This document shows, piece by piece, positions 1 through 15,829 of a stretch of 64,000 nucleotides of DNA (position 1 is the first letter of the stretch; each line of letters starts with the position of its first letter). Both the position numbers and the translations under genes were made by a program. The stretch spans positions 7,688,001 to 7,752,000 of the forward strand of contig NW_024704757.1 of the NCBI RefSeq assembly GCF_018977255.1, written 5' to 3'. The notes beneath the pieces were generated by a model. That model made no database searches, was not told the DNA's origin, and saw only the letters and a list, made by a program, of their open reading frames with translations. This DNA comes from Callorhinchus milii (taxonomy: Eukaryota).

Positions 1-317
1 TATTGGGAAAGAGAAGGGAGTTTCTCTCCCAGTGTCCTGGCCATCAATCTGGTCACTCACTGCACCTTGCAAATTGGCTGTTGTGTTTGTCAACAAATAC
101 AGTCACTACACTTGACAGCAATTACTTGTGAAATGCTGCAAGACTTTTTGACATAATTGGTTTGTTCACCTGCAAGAATTATTATTACTTTATTATATTA
201 TTATATCTCCCCCTCATTATATCAAGTGTCCTCGACTCTGACCCCCCCTTGACTCCGCCAGTTCACATGTAGCTGGTTACACACACAACGACTGGCTGCA
301 CCAGGACACACTCTTAC

Positions 318-440
318 CTGGTACCTGAGCGTTTGGTCCTGAATCAGCCAGAAATTCGCCTGAACATTACCCAGAAATCTACCTGCGGAGCCGCAACTCT
401 TTTGTGGATCAGTTACAGTCAGCGGCTGAATGAGCAGCTC
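318..440 (-). other. Possible isolated 123-nt exon of an unidentified or degenerate gene
   Basis: Acceptor TCTTGGTTACAG, donor CAG|GTAAGA, open in phase 0-0 (ELLIQPLTV...FWLIQDQTLRYQ). Confidence 0.3.
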
Positions 441-2350
441 CTGTAACCAAGACAAGACGTGACGTACCAGCAATAACCACAGCATAGGACTAGCACAGCA
501 CAGGCAGTATGACACGCGTGTGAGACACACACTGTGTATGTGTGGGGAGATGATGAGTGAGTGGGAGGTAAATGGGGATGTGGGGGAGAGGGTAAATGGG
601 GGTGGGGTTGTGATGGGGGATATGGGGGTAATTGGGATGTGAGGGGACTAAATTTAATAATCCTTACATTTGATATAGCGTCTTATCATGTCATTGAGAA
701 GTCACCAAGTGCCTTGAAGAATACACTGGATGGTGAATTGACTGTATAATTTTTGGGCGAAGTGCAGCAGCCAATTGCGCACAGCAGTGTCCCACAAATG
801 GTGGTGGATTGAGTGACTACATTATTATTTGTTTATTTATTGAAGAGATTATTAGCCCCGGAAAGCGATCCATTAATCAACTAATGTGTGTGTGTGTGTG
901 TGGGGGGTAACTAGATGTGGGGGTAATTGAGGAGTGGTGGGGGTATTTTGGGGTGAGAGAGGTTTGGATGTGTTAGGGGTGGGTGTTCAGAGGCGTTTGG
1001 GGTGGGGTATATATTGGGGGAGTGGGAGGGTTGGAGTATTTGGATATGAGGGCTGAATGTGTGTGTGGGGGGAGCTTGGAATGTGAAGGGGGGGGGGTAT
1101 ATGAGGTTGGGGGGGGGGCTCTATGAGGGTATATATATTATATATAATCCTTGCATTTGATATAGGCCTTATCACATCTTTGGGCCGTTTCGAAGCACTT
1201 CACAGGATATACTATAAAGTGAATTGACAGTATATGTTGTGGGCGAATATGAGGGAAGGTCTTGTGTCTTTTGCTGTGGTGGTGTTGGCGCTTCCAGTGC
1301 CCGGTTTCCAGTTTATTGAGCTTGCTCTGTTCCTGCCCCCCTCCCACCCACCCCTGCACACTGCCCCTGCCTATAGTGGGAGTGTGTGTGTCCAGTTAGA
1401 AACATTCAGCCCAATATTTCTGCTGTTGCTCCTTCACTTTCTCATGTACCTCATTGTCTCTTGAACTTGCATTCAGAGAGTACCTTCACCACTGACAGAT
1501 CAACAGCCACTTACTTACGTTCAGCCGTTGAGCTTAATCTTGTCAGTTTAATAAATTGTGCAACGTCTACTAATCACAATTTTCTGGCTTTTTTCCTTAT
1601 CCCTAAATTCCTCCTTTTAAACAAACATTGATTCCACCTCTGCCGTCTTCTGGGACAGCTACAAGCACCTGCTCACACTGTGTAAGAGTCTCTCAGCTCT
1701 CCCTCTTTCACTCTCTGTGTGAGGATGTCTCACTGCTGTCTCAGCTTCTCCCTCAGTCCCTCCCCTCTCACAGCAGCTGTTCCTGGCTTTTTTTCCCGGA
1801 TCATTTTCTTGCTGGGCATCGTGCTGACCAGACTGCCAACGAGTGGTGCCAGAGCCACTGGTCAGCGGTTAACCCGAGAAACGTCTATGACAGAGGTCTC
1901 ACGGCAAACACCAGAGAAGGTCTGAGTTCCTGTTGGTCGGTCTGAGCCCCGGGTGGTAGATGGCAGGGAGATGAGACTGGACATCGGTCTGACACTTAGG
2001 AGTGTTAGCTGCTTAGGAGTCACCAGGAATTATGATTCACATCCTGCTCATGGGGCAGAGAAAAAGGGAGGCCAGAACAGAAGCTAAATCTAGAGGTGAA
2101 TCAACAACAACTTGCATTCATATAGCAGCTTTCACTCAGGGCAGGGCCCCGGAATCACATTGATACCCTGCGTTTGTGGTTTTGTAAATGGAAGACTGAG
2201 GAATTCTGCTCCAAAGCAACCAAAAGGTCTGTAACAGAGATCTGTCCGATTGCTCTCAGGTCTGTGTTATCCTGTAATAACCAGTGGCTTAGTCCCCGCA
2301 CCAGAATGCTGCTCAAGTTTGCAAACACACCAAGAGATAAAAATACTGTT

Positions 2351-2356
2351 TTTATT
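2351..2356 (-). terminator. Candidate E4F1 polyadenylation signal (AATAAA)
   Basis: TTTATT on the plus strand, about 890 nt downstream of the E4F1 stop. Confidence 0.45.
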
Positions 2357-3244
2357 TGCAATGGTTTCAGCATCTGCTGGGAGCTTGGAGTGAGTGACCT
2401 TGGCACATGCAGTAACAGTGAGAGGCTGAAAGGCCTCACACACACTATTGCCAATTATAAATGTGTGCCATGTGGAAGAAACCTTTGTCACACAAGACAT
2501 CTGTGCAGAAATGTTTGGCTTTAAAATAAGCTGTACATAACCTAACATTAGCCATTCACACACACCATTGTAAGGTCCCAGTGAGCAACTCCTCATCCCT
2601 GACAGACATGAGCTCAGAGATCTAGACCAGGACACTACACCCCCACCCAGAACCACGTCACCAGATGCCTCATAGCCAGCGGGAGTCGGGCCCCACCCGG
2701 GACATTGCGTTGGAAGTTTCAGGAACAGGAGGCTCTTAAGGCAGTGGGTTGGAAGCAACATCGAGGTGGAATTGTCTGGGATTTCCGCTGTGAGCAGCAG
2801 ATACTTGTGAAATCAGTAGCTTCAATGCCAAACGCATTGTCTTGTCCAATGATGCAAATCATACTCCACAGATGGTGGTAGTGAGTGTTTACTAGGGCTG
2901 TGGACAGGCAGTGTGACAGGCGGTGTCTCATATACCAACACTCATCTTAGTTCAAAGAACATCAACGCTTCATTCTGTGTAACACGTGGGGTCTGTAGCA
3001 GCTGTGCGTGTGCAGGAGTGGCAGCAATGGAGCAGTCTGCACACGAGACACAAAGCCGGGAAGCAGCAATGGCTGAAAGGCAAAGTGCAGAGATCAGAGC
3101 CGAGGCCCAGTCTCACCAAACTGTCTGTGCCCGGTCCTGTGCTTCTCCCTGTGGATTACGCTGGAGAGTTATGGTGATGATGACGACAATTAACCAACTT
3201 CTTTGTGCAGCCTTCAGCCGCCGGTGCCATGGTATGGCCTGGTC

Positions 3245-6200
3245 TCAGTCACCGACCACTACTGTCTGTATCTCCACCTCCCCCTCCTGGCCAGTGACCA
3301 CATACTCCTCAGCATGGCCGAGCACCTGGAGGTCAGCCGCAGTGACCATGGTGAGGGTGGAGGGGCTGCTTTCCAGGCTGGAGCCCTCGCTGATGGTGGA
3401 GGCCAGCGTCATGGCCACCTGCTCGGTCAGGCTGTCGGGCGTTGCTATGGTAATTGTGTCAGCACCATCCTCTGCCGACAGGCTCTCGGCAATGATCTGC
3501 TGGCCACAGTTCGCCTGGTTCACGATTTGTTGCACAACCTTCATAATGTGACTGTCCACCTGACAGGACAGAAACAAGACATCAGAGCTGCAGACGGGAG
3601 AGAGCTCCCCCCCACCTCCCCGCATCCGAATAGACACCGCTGACTAACCTGGTGTTTGGAACCTCGGATCAGCGTCTCCACATCACTGCTTCCAACGGCT
3701 TCAGCCGGGCTCTACACACACACAGACCAACACACACATCAGGAGCCTGAAAACTGTCCCTAAGTCCTTCCTCCCGGTCACCACGCCCTCCCCCTGGACA
3801 AACCCCTCCCCTGATCAGTACATCCCTCCCAGTGGCCACCACGCCCCTCCCCCCGACGGCTACACCTCTCCCACTTGAGCCGCCTGGGATACCTCGATGA
3901 TGTACTCCTGCGTGTCAGCAACCACCGAGGAGAACTCCACTAGGACCGTGTGAGAGTCGTCAGAGCTGATCCCAGCGACACCATCCACTGACTGGCCATC
4001 CGATGAGATCTCCACCTGCTCCAGCACATGGCAGCCGCCTGGCGATGGAGAAAACTCATCAGCTTCAACCTGTCACAGCTCCTCAGTGCTACTCTGCAGA
4101 GTCAGCCAACACCCCTACCTCAGCTCACTGCTCCCCGACATTTGGGCTAAACTGTGGGCTCAGAGTCCACTAACAATCCAGTGCAGGACCAGGGACACCA
4201 GCCTTCAAGTGAGACATTAAACCCACCTCTTCTCTGTTTAAGTGGATGTTAAAGATCCTGTGATACGATTTAGAAAGAGAAGGGAGTTTCTCCTGATGTC
4301 CTGGACACCAGTCAACGAGATTGACCTCATGTGGGACTTTGCTTTGTGTAAATTGGCTGCTACTTTGCATGCAATACAGTCATGACTGTTTTCAGATACT
4401 GTGGTATCAGGGGCACACTGCGAGACACTGTTGCCATATTAAGAAGAATTATTATAGGATTAAAGCCAGCGTTGACCTGGAGCATCATTTCTGCGCCAGC
4501 CCGAGGAGTCACTGCTTGGAGCCACACTTGACAGCAAATGCGAGCGAAGGGGGGGAACGGGCCGCGGAGGAGGACCCACCTTTGGCTCTCAGGTGCCGGT
4601 TAAGTGTGCCGTGCTCGGCAAAGCCGCGGCCACAGTTGTAGCAGTGAAACGGCCGCTCGCCCGTGTGCAGCCGCACGTGCCGCACCAGCGAGCCCTTCTC
4701 CCTGAATGCCCGCGGGCAGTGCTCACACACAAATGGCTTGGCCTCCGAGTGCGTCCGCAAGTGCACCTGCTGTGCATTCTGTGTGAGAGAACGAGAGGCG
4801 GTCAGTAACAGTGAGACCCCGTGGGGGGGCAACGGGAAGCCAGGCGGGGTGGGGGGGCGGTGGAGATTGGGGGGCCCCGTAAACCCTCACCTTGGTTTTG
4901 TAGCTCTTGCCGCAGCACGGGCAGGGGTAAGGCCGGTGGTCGGAGTGGGCCCTCATGTGCTCCTTCACGTGGGCGATGCTCTTGTACAGCTTACCGCACT
5001 CCCCACATTTAAAACGCCGCTCGTTGTAGTGCGACTCCAGGTGCTTCTTCAGGATGTACGCGGTCATGAACTCCTTCTCACACAGCGAGCAGCGATGGGG
5101 CTTGTAGCCTACAGACACAAGCATGTCAGCACGGTTCCCAGGCAGCCCCATCCCCCACTAGGAGCCAGTAAGAGTATAATTGTCTCACACCGAGGCCGGG
5201 AGCAGACACTTTACCTAAATGTGCTTTAATGTGCAGCCGCAGGTAGCTGGAGCCCCGGAATTCCCGGCTGCAATGAGGACACTTAAACCTCCTGCAGCCT
5301 CTCCTGCTGGATGAATCCGACTGTAACAAAAGGATCCAACTGAGATACTGACAGAAACCCACAAACTGCACCTTATAATCCCAAGCCGCACTCCGCACCC
5401 TCATTCCCCGTCGTGAGCGTCCAGGAGTGAGGTACAAAAGCGAACCACAACTTGGGAACGTGTGGCCAGCTGGGTTTGCGCTGAGCACTCGGGTGTCAAA
5501 CATCACTCACTGCAGCAGCCATGTTAAACAGGGAGTCACGACAAACAGCTACTTTTAATGTTGTTTTTGTGAATTGTACATGTAACAAACGCACCTCGTT
5601 AGCCTCTTCCACCTCCTGTGTCTGTGCCTCATGCTCGGGGCTGTCCCCGTCCTCACCCAGGGACACAGACTCACTGCATTTTTCCGCATCTTCAATTATT
5701 ACAGTCTCGATGACGATGCCGGAGTTTCTCATGGCTTGGCAGATGAGGCTCTCGCTGGCAGCCTCCCCGGAACAAGCCATCTCTGCTGGGGTGGGCGACT
5801 GCAGGTCAATGACACAACAACAACTTGTAATTATGTTGTGTCCCTCACACATGCGGTGTCTTAGACACCACAGTGACAGAGCCATCTCCCCCCCTCCACC
5901 CCGATTAGAGCTTTCAGTCATACAGAGCATCACAACAACAGCAATACTGCTGCCCCTTCACGTAGGGGCAGTGGGGGCAGTGGAGTGCGGAGGCTGTGGT
6001 GTGAGCGGAGACAGACCTGGGTGGGTGGGTCAGTGAGTATAGTGGTGAGTGTGCGTGGGCGTGAGTGAGTGTGCTTGGGAGTGAGTGAGTGAGCGTGGGC
6101 GTGAGTGAGTGAGCGTGGGCGTAAGTGTGCGTGCGTGGGCGTGAGTGAGTGAACGAGTCAGTGAGTGTGGTGAGTCAGTGAGTGAACGCAGGCTGTACCT

Positions 6201-9080
6201 GGCTTCTGTGCTGGGTCTCGGGGAGCAGTGTCTCGGGGACGCTGTGTACCTGCACCTCCTGGATGGTGCCCTCAGCGTTAGTGAGTACACTGATCACAGC
6301 TGTGGCCTCCGGGCACACCAGCTCCTCACTCTGCTTCTCGCTTACTACAACAATCAAAGAAAGAAGTCAAAGCTCCGTCGTGCTCCCAACCCACACCCCA
6401 GCCCAGCGGACACCAGTACCTGTCTGTGGCTGTGGTTTGCCCATCGCTGTGGCCTCTGTCTCCGGCTCCGACACCAGCTGCAGTTGCTGAAACTTGTTTT
6501 TCTCTGTACACGGAGTGATGGCCTTGAGGTGCCGGGTTAGTGCTCCCGATTCCCGGAAACTCATCCCACACATCTGACATCGGTAGGGTCGCTCGTCTGA
6601 AACAGTCACAGGGGTTACACAGAGCCAGACACCCGCACCCCCCTGGCAAACAGTCAGTGACCGAGCGGCGCCTGGTACCCAGACTCCTGTCTGACCTGTG
6701 TGCCGCCGGTTGTGTCGCACTAAGGATCCCTTTGTTCTGAAAGCCATTCCACACATCTTGCATCTGAAAGCCTTGTTGTCGCTGTGAGTAACCATGTGCG
6801 CCTTCAGGATAACAGCCTGTAATGAGACCCGTGTGTGAGGTCGATATACTCCAGCTCTTTCTCTCACACACATACACACACACACACACGTATGGACCCT
6901 CCTCAATACCCACTGTTTTGAAAGTCTTGACACAGATCTGACACACAAACCGTCCGTCCTCGTTCAGAACAGTATCCAATCTGTTCCTCTTGACCCTGTG
7001 GTCTCCGGCCTCGGGGCTGACTGGGCTCTCCTCGCTCTCACTCGCCTCCTGCTCTGCACTGCCCGACACTCGCTCTTCTGAACTCTGACCCCCATTCTCA
7101 CACCCATTGCCTGAAAAACAGGACATTGTTCAGATAGATAGCTGGGCGGTGATACTTTCCCCCCACCACCCCCCCAGCAATGACTACACACATCAGGGGA
7201 TGAAGCCATTGCTCTCAAATTGGAGCAGATGCATGATTATTGCATTGTGCTCAGCGTTCATCAATCTACTATCCTGCAACACACAGCTATCACTGAGAAA
7301 CACATACATGCCCACACAGCTCTATCACCTGGGAACACACACAGCTCTGCTTACCAGTCTCATCTGAGTGCAATGTGTAGGTTGTTTCAGGTGTTGCCAC
7401 AACCAACTGAGCGACTGCTACCGATGAACCCACTGGATCAGACTCCTGAAATATGCAGAGGTTGGAGTCTCAGAGTCAACGCTACAACAACTTTCATTTA
7501 CACAACGCTCCTCATGCAGGGTAGCGTTCCAAAGTGCTCGACAGTGGCGGAGCACGACGTAGGCACGGTTGAATAGGAAGATCTTCAGCCGCGACCTGAA
7601 AATGGAGAAGGAAGGGGAAGGGTGGAGGGATAGAGGAAGAACGTTCCAGAGTTTCTGGGCATAGTGGCTGAAAACGCAGCTACCAATGGTGGAATGGAGG
7701 GCATGAGGGACATGCCAGTCGAGCAGAAGCAGCAGGTAGTGGGGTAAGCAGGTCGGAGAGGTAGGAAGGGGCCAGGACATGAAGAGATTTGAAGAGACAC
7801 TAATGAATCCTAACTGTAATGCGGGAGGAAAAGGAGGGGGTGGGTGTGAAGAAACTGACCTGTCGTGACTGGCTGCTGACAGGTATGGTGTCAGGACAAA
7901 CAACAGACTGTTCCTGCAGCCTCTGACATGCTTTCTGCACTTTGTGACCAATGAAATCCTCCAGGCTATGGAACTCAGTGTGACACCGGCCGCACTTGTG
8001 CAGATCAACATCCTCTGTAACACATGCACAGACAAATCATCAGTGTCTCGCCACTCACAGACCCCCTCCCTGAACACATACAATCAGTGTCTCACCACTC
8101 ACAGACCTGCTCCACCAACACACACACACACCATCAGTCTCTCTTCACTCACAGACCTCCTACCTCACCACTCCCGCAGCATCATCATATACGCCATCCC
8201 ACAATAATCCCTGCACCTGTGGTCTCTCGTTCACACTAATATTCAGATACAATATTTACTCATCACCTTTTGTTCTTACACTTATCACCCAGGTTCCCAC
8301 CCCCATCTTGTATGCCATTGACCACCCGGCATTGTGAATGTGCTTTGGAACGCAGCACAAACAGTAACACAACTTTATTGTACCATGTTTAATGTCGCAT
8401 TCTGGTGACTCGCGAGATCTGTAACTCCACACACAGCTGCACAGCTTAACTATTCCCCAAATAAACCCAGTACCAGAGGTAGATTTTACAGAGCAGTAGA
8501 TGATGAATGCGAGTGACGTACAGACAAGAGGAGGTGTTTTATAGACAGAAAAGTGAATGACAGCTGGAATCCAACTGATGAGCTGAGGAGGAGATGTTAA
8601 TGATAGCCCGATATTGGTACAGAGCCTGTGACGTTGAGAGGGCGGCTCAAAGCGCTTCCCAAGATTTACTATAAAGTGTGGTGACTGTGGATCTGGTGGG
8701 CAAGTTTGGCAGCACAGAGCGCTATCAACAGCCGTGACGTGAGGGAGCAATGTTATGGGGGGGGGGGGGATTGTCAGCCAGTTTGAGCGGCGCCATGGAC
8801 AGGCCCTGATCTGGGGCTTCAACCTGAACCTCCGGACTGACTCACAGGCTGAGCTGAGCCGCTTCCCGCCCCCACAGCCACAGCGTCCCGGGTTAGACCG
8901 GCCCCAATAACAGCTTCACTGTGGGCTCGGGGTCGAGACGATTCTCCTCAGTGCGGCCCGGAGCCCGGGCGCGAGCGCTGGGCCCGAGGCCGGGGTTTAG
9001 CCTGGAAACAAGGACGGGACCCAATTACCTTCCTCCCCGCCGGCCCCCGGCGCCGCGGCTGCCGTATGTGCTGAACTCAT
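3245..9080 (-). CDS. E4F1: E4F transcription factor 1 (C2H2 zinc finger), 14 coding exons, about 729 aa
   Basis: Exons 9080-9029, 8014-7860, 7445-7355, 7110-6914, 6816-6696, 6596-6420, 6344-6199, 5798-5595, 5320-5215, 5108-4891, 4778-4580, 4038-3893, 3711-3649, 3559-3245, all GT-AG and phase-consistent. Peptides match E4F1: DLHKCGRC, ILKAHMVTHS, FRESGALTRHLK, GFAEHGTLNRHLR, HTVLVEFSSVVADTQEYIIE, VDSHIMKVVQQIV, TITIATPDSLTEQVAMTLAS. Head-to-head with PGP as in human. Confidence 0.96.
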
Positions 9081-9404
9081 CAGGACTTCCTCCCACTTGT
9101 CGCAAGGAGGACAAAATGGCGGCTTTACGACCTGCCGCCAAAGGTGGAGCCGCCCGGCTGCGGCAAGCGGGGACTGCGGCTGCGCACAAACCGGGGACAT
9201 CTGGGAGCTGTAGTTCCGTGCCGGCAAACAGCAACACTGAGGCTGCGCAGAGCATCGCCTGCTGGGAATTGTAGTGCGCTGATGAGCGATACTGAGGCTG
9301 CGCGGTGCAGTGCGTACTGGGAGTTGCAGTTCACGGGGGACAGACGTCGGGCTCGAGTTCCTGAAGGGCGGGAGAAAGCGCTCGACCTGCGGCCTCAGTC
9401 TGTT
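9081..9404. promoter_or_regulatory. CpG-island bidirectional promoter for E4F1 and PGP
   Basis: Only 324 bp separate the divergent ATGs. YY1 motif CAAAATGGCGGC at 9112-9123; three ACTRCAnnTCCCAG (ZNF143/THAP11-type) motifs on the minus strand at 9201-9216, 9262-9277, 9317-9332. Confidence 0.8.
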
Positions 9405-10421
9405 ATGGCCGCTGCCGAATGCCGGCTCCTCTCGGGCCCCGAGGCCTCCGCGGTGCTGGAGGCCGCCGACACGCTGCTGTTCGACTGTGACGGGGTGATC
9501 TGGCGGGGAGAGGCCGCGATCCCCGGCGCCGCGCAGCTCATCAACCGGCTGCAGGAGCGCGGGAAGCGGGTGCTGTACATGACCAACAACAGCACCAAGA
9601 CGCGGGCCATGTACACCGACAAGCTGCGCGGCCTCGGCTTCCGCGCTGAGACCCAGGACGTCTTCGCCACCGCCTTCTGCTCGGCGCTGTACCTGCAGCA
9701 GAAGCCCGCGCAGCGCGGGAAGGTGTACGTGCTGGGCGCCGAGGCCGTGAGCGAGGAGCTGCGGAGCCTGGGCATCGCCTGCATCGGCCCCGGCCCCGAC
9801 CCGCTGTGCGGCGCCATGGGCGACTGGGCCGCGCTGCCCCGAGACAGCGACGTCGGCGCCGTCCTCGTCGCCTTCGACCCGCATTTCAGCTACATGAAGC
9901 TGGTGCGGGCGGCGGCCTACCTGCGGGACCCGGGCTGCCGCTTCCTGGCCACCAACACCGACACCCGCCTCCCGCTGGAGGCCGGCGCCGCCATCCCGGG
10001 TAAGTGGCGCCGGCGGCGGGGGGGGTGGCAGCGTGAGGCCGGGGCGGGCGCGGGGCCTCGGGCTGAGCGGCCGGCACTAACCTTTCCCCCTCCCGCAGGT
10101 ACGGGCTGCCTGGTGCGGGCGGTGGAGGCCGCGGCCCAGCGCACGGCCACGGTGATCGGCAAACCCAGCGCTTTCATGTTCCGCTGCGCGGCCGAGCGCT
10201 TCGGGCTGGACCCGGCCAGGACCATCATGGTGGGCGACCGGCTGGACACCGACATCCTCCTCGGCACCAACTGCGGCCTCCGGACCATCCTCACCCTGAC
10301 CGGCGTCTCCACGCTGCAGGAGGCCGAGAGCCACCGGGACAGCGGGGAGGCCGACCGCCGCCGCCTCGTCCCCGACTACTACGTGCACAGCGTGGCCGAC
10401 CTGCTGCCCGCGCTGGACTGA
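9405..10421 (+). CDS. PGP: Phosphoglycolate/glycerol-3-phosphate phosphatase (HAD class IIA), 2 exons, about 305 aa
   Basis: Exons 9405-9999 and 10099-10421; intron 10000-10098 (GTAAGT...CCCGCAG). HAD motifs LLFDCDGVIW, MTNNS, IGKP, MVGDRLDTD. AATAAA at 10639-10644. Syntenic with E4F1 and BRICD5. Confidence 0.96.
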   Translation: MAAAECRLLSGPEASAVLEAADTLLFDCDGVIWRGEAAIPGAAQLINRLQERGKRVLYMTNNSTKTRAMYTDKLRGLGFRAETQDVFATAFCSALYLQQKPAQRGKVYVLGAEAVSEELRSLGIACIGPGPDPLCGAMGDWAALPRDSDVGAVLVAFDPHFSYMKLVRAAAYLRDPGCRFLATNTDTRLPLEAGAAIPGKWRRRRGGWQREAGAGAGPRAERPALTFPPPAGTGCLVRAVEAAAQRTATVIGKPSAFMFRCAAERFGLDPARTIMVGDRLDTDILLGTNCGLRTILTLTGVSTLQEAESHRDSGEADRRRLVPDYYVHSVADLLPALD

Positions 10422-11765
10422 GGCCGCGGCTCGGCTCAGCTCAGGGGTAACGCGGTGTTGTCGTCGTCGTTGTTGTCTGAATTATTTGTCTGAACACTTT
10501 ACTGTAAGATTTCAGGTTCCTGCGGAGAGCGACACAGAGAGAGAGAGAGAGAGCGCTGTGTGTGTGTGTGAGAGAGAGAGAGAGCGCGGCCGTGTTATTT
10601 ATTACTGTGATGTGAGTGACCCTTTACTGTGCACTGAAAATAAACTGATCAGTTTGCTCGAGTCTTGCTTGTCCTTTTTGTCATCGATTAATTATTATTA
10701 ATACATTGGTCACTCAATCCAATTGCCTTTTACCCAGCGATCCGCCAATTGTTCCCACTTAACCGCAAGGTAATCACATGTGTGTGTGTGTGTGTGTGTG
10801 GAGTAAGGAAACTGCTGAGAATCGAACCCAGGTCTCTCTCTCACTTGTGAGGGCAGTGCTCTGATCACTGAGCTACAGGTCTCCTCTCTCAATACCCAAT
10901 AATTACCATTAATAATTTTTTTTTCTCTCCATTCCTTATTCATTTGATAAAATTAACTCAGAACGGATCCGTACAAAACACGTCAAAGTGTTTGATGGAG
11001 TACATTGTGTCCCAGTGTAGTGACTGTGTGATACACACCGCCTTCGAAGTCCCACACACTACAATAAGAATGACCAAACTGAATAATTTGGAGACTGATT
11101 TTGCAAAAAGATCATTAACTTTCACCTGGATTGAAGCTCAGTGTAATCTCTGCTCTAATGGATGGCACACGGCACCCCCCCAACCCCCCCACCACTCCCG
11201 CCCTGGGCCAGAGCATCAGCCTGGGTTCGCAGCTCAAACAACCTTGTTTCACCCCCAAAGCAGACTTAACTATCCTGGGAAGGGCTCAAAGATATCTCGA
11301 TTATGGCACTGTATCAAATGCAAGGATTTTAAAATTAGTTGCGACAGAGGGCATCCTGAATACTAATTCTGGAGAGTATTAGGCACAGGTTGGCACGAGC
11401 CAAGGCTCGCAGATCCCACAGTGTGCGTTGGGGTAACTGCTGGAGTCTAACCAGTTAAAACCGCATAACTTGCTATTGATATCGCTGTCTGGCAGCTAGG
11501 ACTACACTAGCCTACCCTCTTGCTAAGCAGAAGCTCAAACAGACAATAACCAATTGTATTGCACTCATTGCACTTCAAATAAATCTCGCTGTATGAACAC
11601 AGCAAGATTTGAAGTGAGAAATTATGCTAACATCCAGGATTTCATCCAAAAGGGTTGCACCTGAAGTCCCCTCTCCCTCCCCCCCCCCCCCCGGTCCTGT
11701 GGTGGCATCAGGTTGCAGCCTGGCTCCAGGGGCTGAGACTCAGGCAGACAGTCAGACCTGGAGAC

Positions 11766-14960
<3,195 letters not shown>

Positions 14961-15450
14961 CTGCTCTCTACGACGGCCTCACCACTATAATGCCTCGTAG
15001 CTGCTTTTAACATTCATTTAATGTAATCCTTACTGACCAACCACCTACAGCCCTCCCTTCCCAACCACACTCCTGTACCTGACTCTGCACTGACCAGTGT
15101 CAGCACCAGAGAGGAAGGACACTGTGCTCAGCTCACTCCCCTTGGAGCCAGCGGTGAGCTCCTTCCGCCTCCCCCCACCCTTGACAAGCTGCCACGCAGC
15201 TACCACAATTCCCTCTCCTCTGAGGCTTAGGCCCACGTCAGTCTCTGTGTGACATTGTTTAAACCATCGTAAACAGAGGGTTCCCACAACGAGACTAATA
15301 GCAACTCTCACAATCACACATTTTTACACTTTCATATTTTTATAAACGTAGATACAATAAACGTGTAACATCACAACTGAAGTGGTATTTTTGTGATTTC
15401 AATTTCTCCTTTTCACTCGAAGAAACCCAGTGCTCACACTCAGCCCAACC

Positions 15451-15720
15451 CAGCCAGGCTCACACCCAAGCCAGCCCTCAGCCAGGCTCACACCCCAGCC
15501 AGCCCTCAGCCAGGCTCACACCCCAGCCAGCCCTCAGCCAGGCTCACACCCCAGCCAGCCCTCAGCCAGGCTCACACCCCAGCCAGCCCTCAGCCAGGCT
15601 CACACCCAAGCCAGCCCTCAGCCAGGCTCACACCCCAGCCAGCCCTCAGCCAGGCTCACACCCCAGCCAGCCCTCAGCCAGGCTCACACCCAGCCTGACC
15701 CAGCTAGGCTCACACCCCAA
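15451..15720. repeat. 28-bp minisatellite (CAGCCAGGCTCACACCCCAGCCAGCCCT), about 9 copies
   Basis: Direct tandem periodicity between the BRICD5 and MLST8 3' ends. Confidence 0.95.
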
Positions 15721-15723
15721 CCC

Positions 15724-15811
15724 TCAGTCAGGCTTAGTCAGTAGTCCTGATGCCTCCGAGTTGGGAGAACAGGTGGCCAGGAGCCTGGGGGGGTGGGGGG
15801 GTTAAGGGACA
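15724..15811 (-). other. Duplicated MLST8 intron/exon junction, a possible alternative terminal exon
   Basis: 15766-15791 is identical to 16901-16926 and flanking similarity continues (TTAAnGGACA). Reads LLATCSPNSEASGLLTKPD* in the MLST8 frame. Confidence 0.5.
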
Positions 15812-15829
15812 TTTGGGGATTTTGAACTC

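Noticed and set aside
3712-3892. E4F1 intron with a GTATCCC donor as a second U12 intron
   Set aside because: The donor deviates at +7/+8 and there is no CCTTAAC branch near the acceptor.
9144-9404. N-terminal extension of PGP from GTG 9144 or ATG 9282
   Set aside because: It overlaps the promoter motifs, and PGP similarity starts at MAAAEC (9405).
8997-9884. 295-aa antisense ORF over PGP, in frame with the E4F1 start
   Set aside because: It is the shadow of GC-rich PGP codons and would need a TSS inside PGP exon 1; only its last codons are real E4F1 exon 1.
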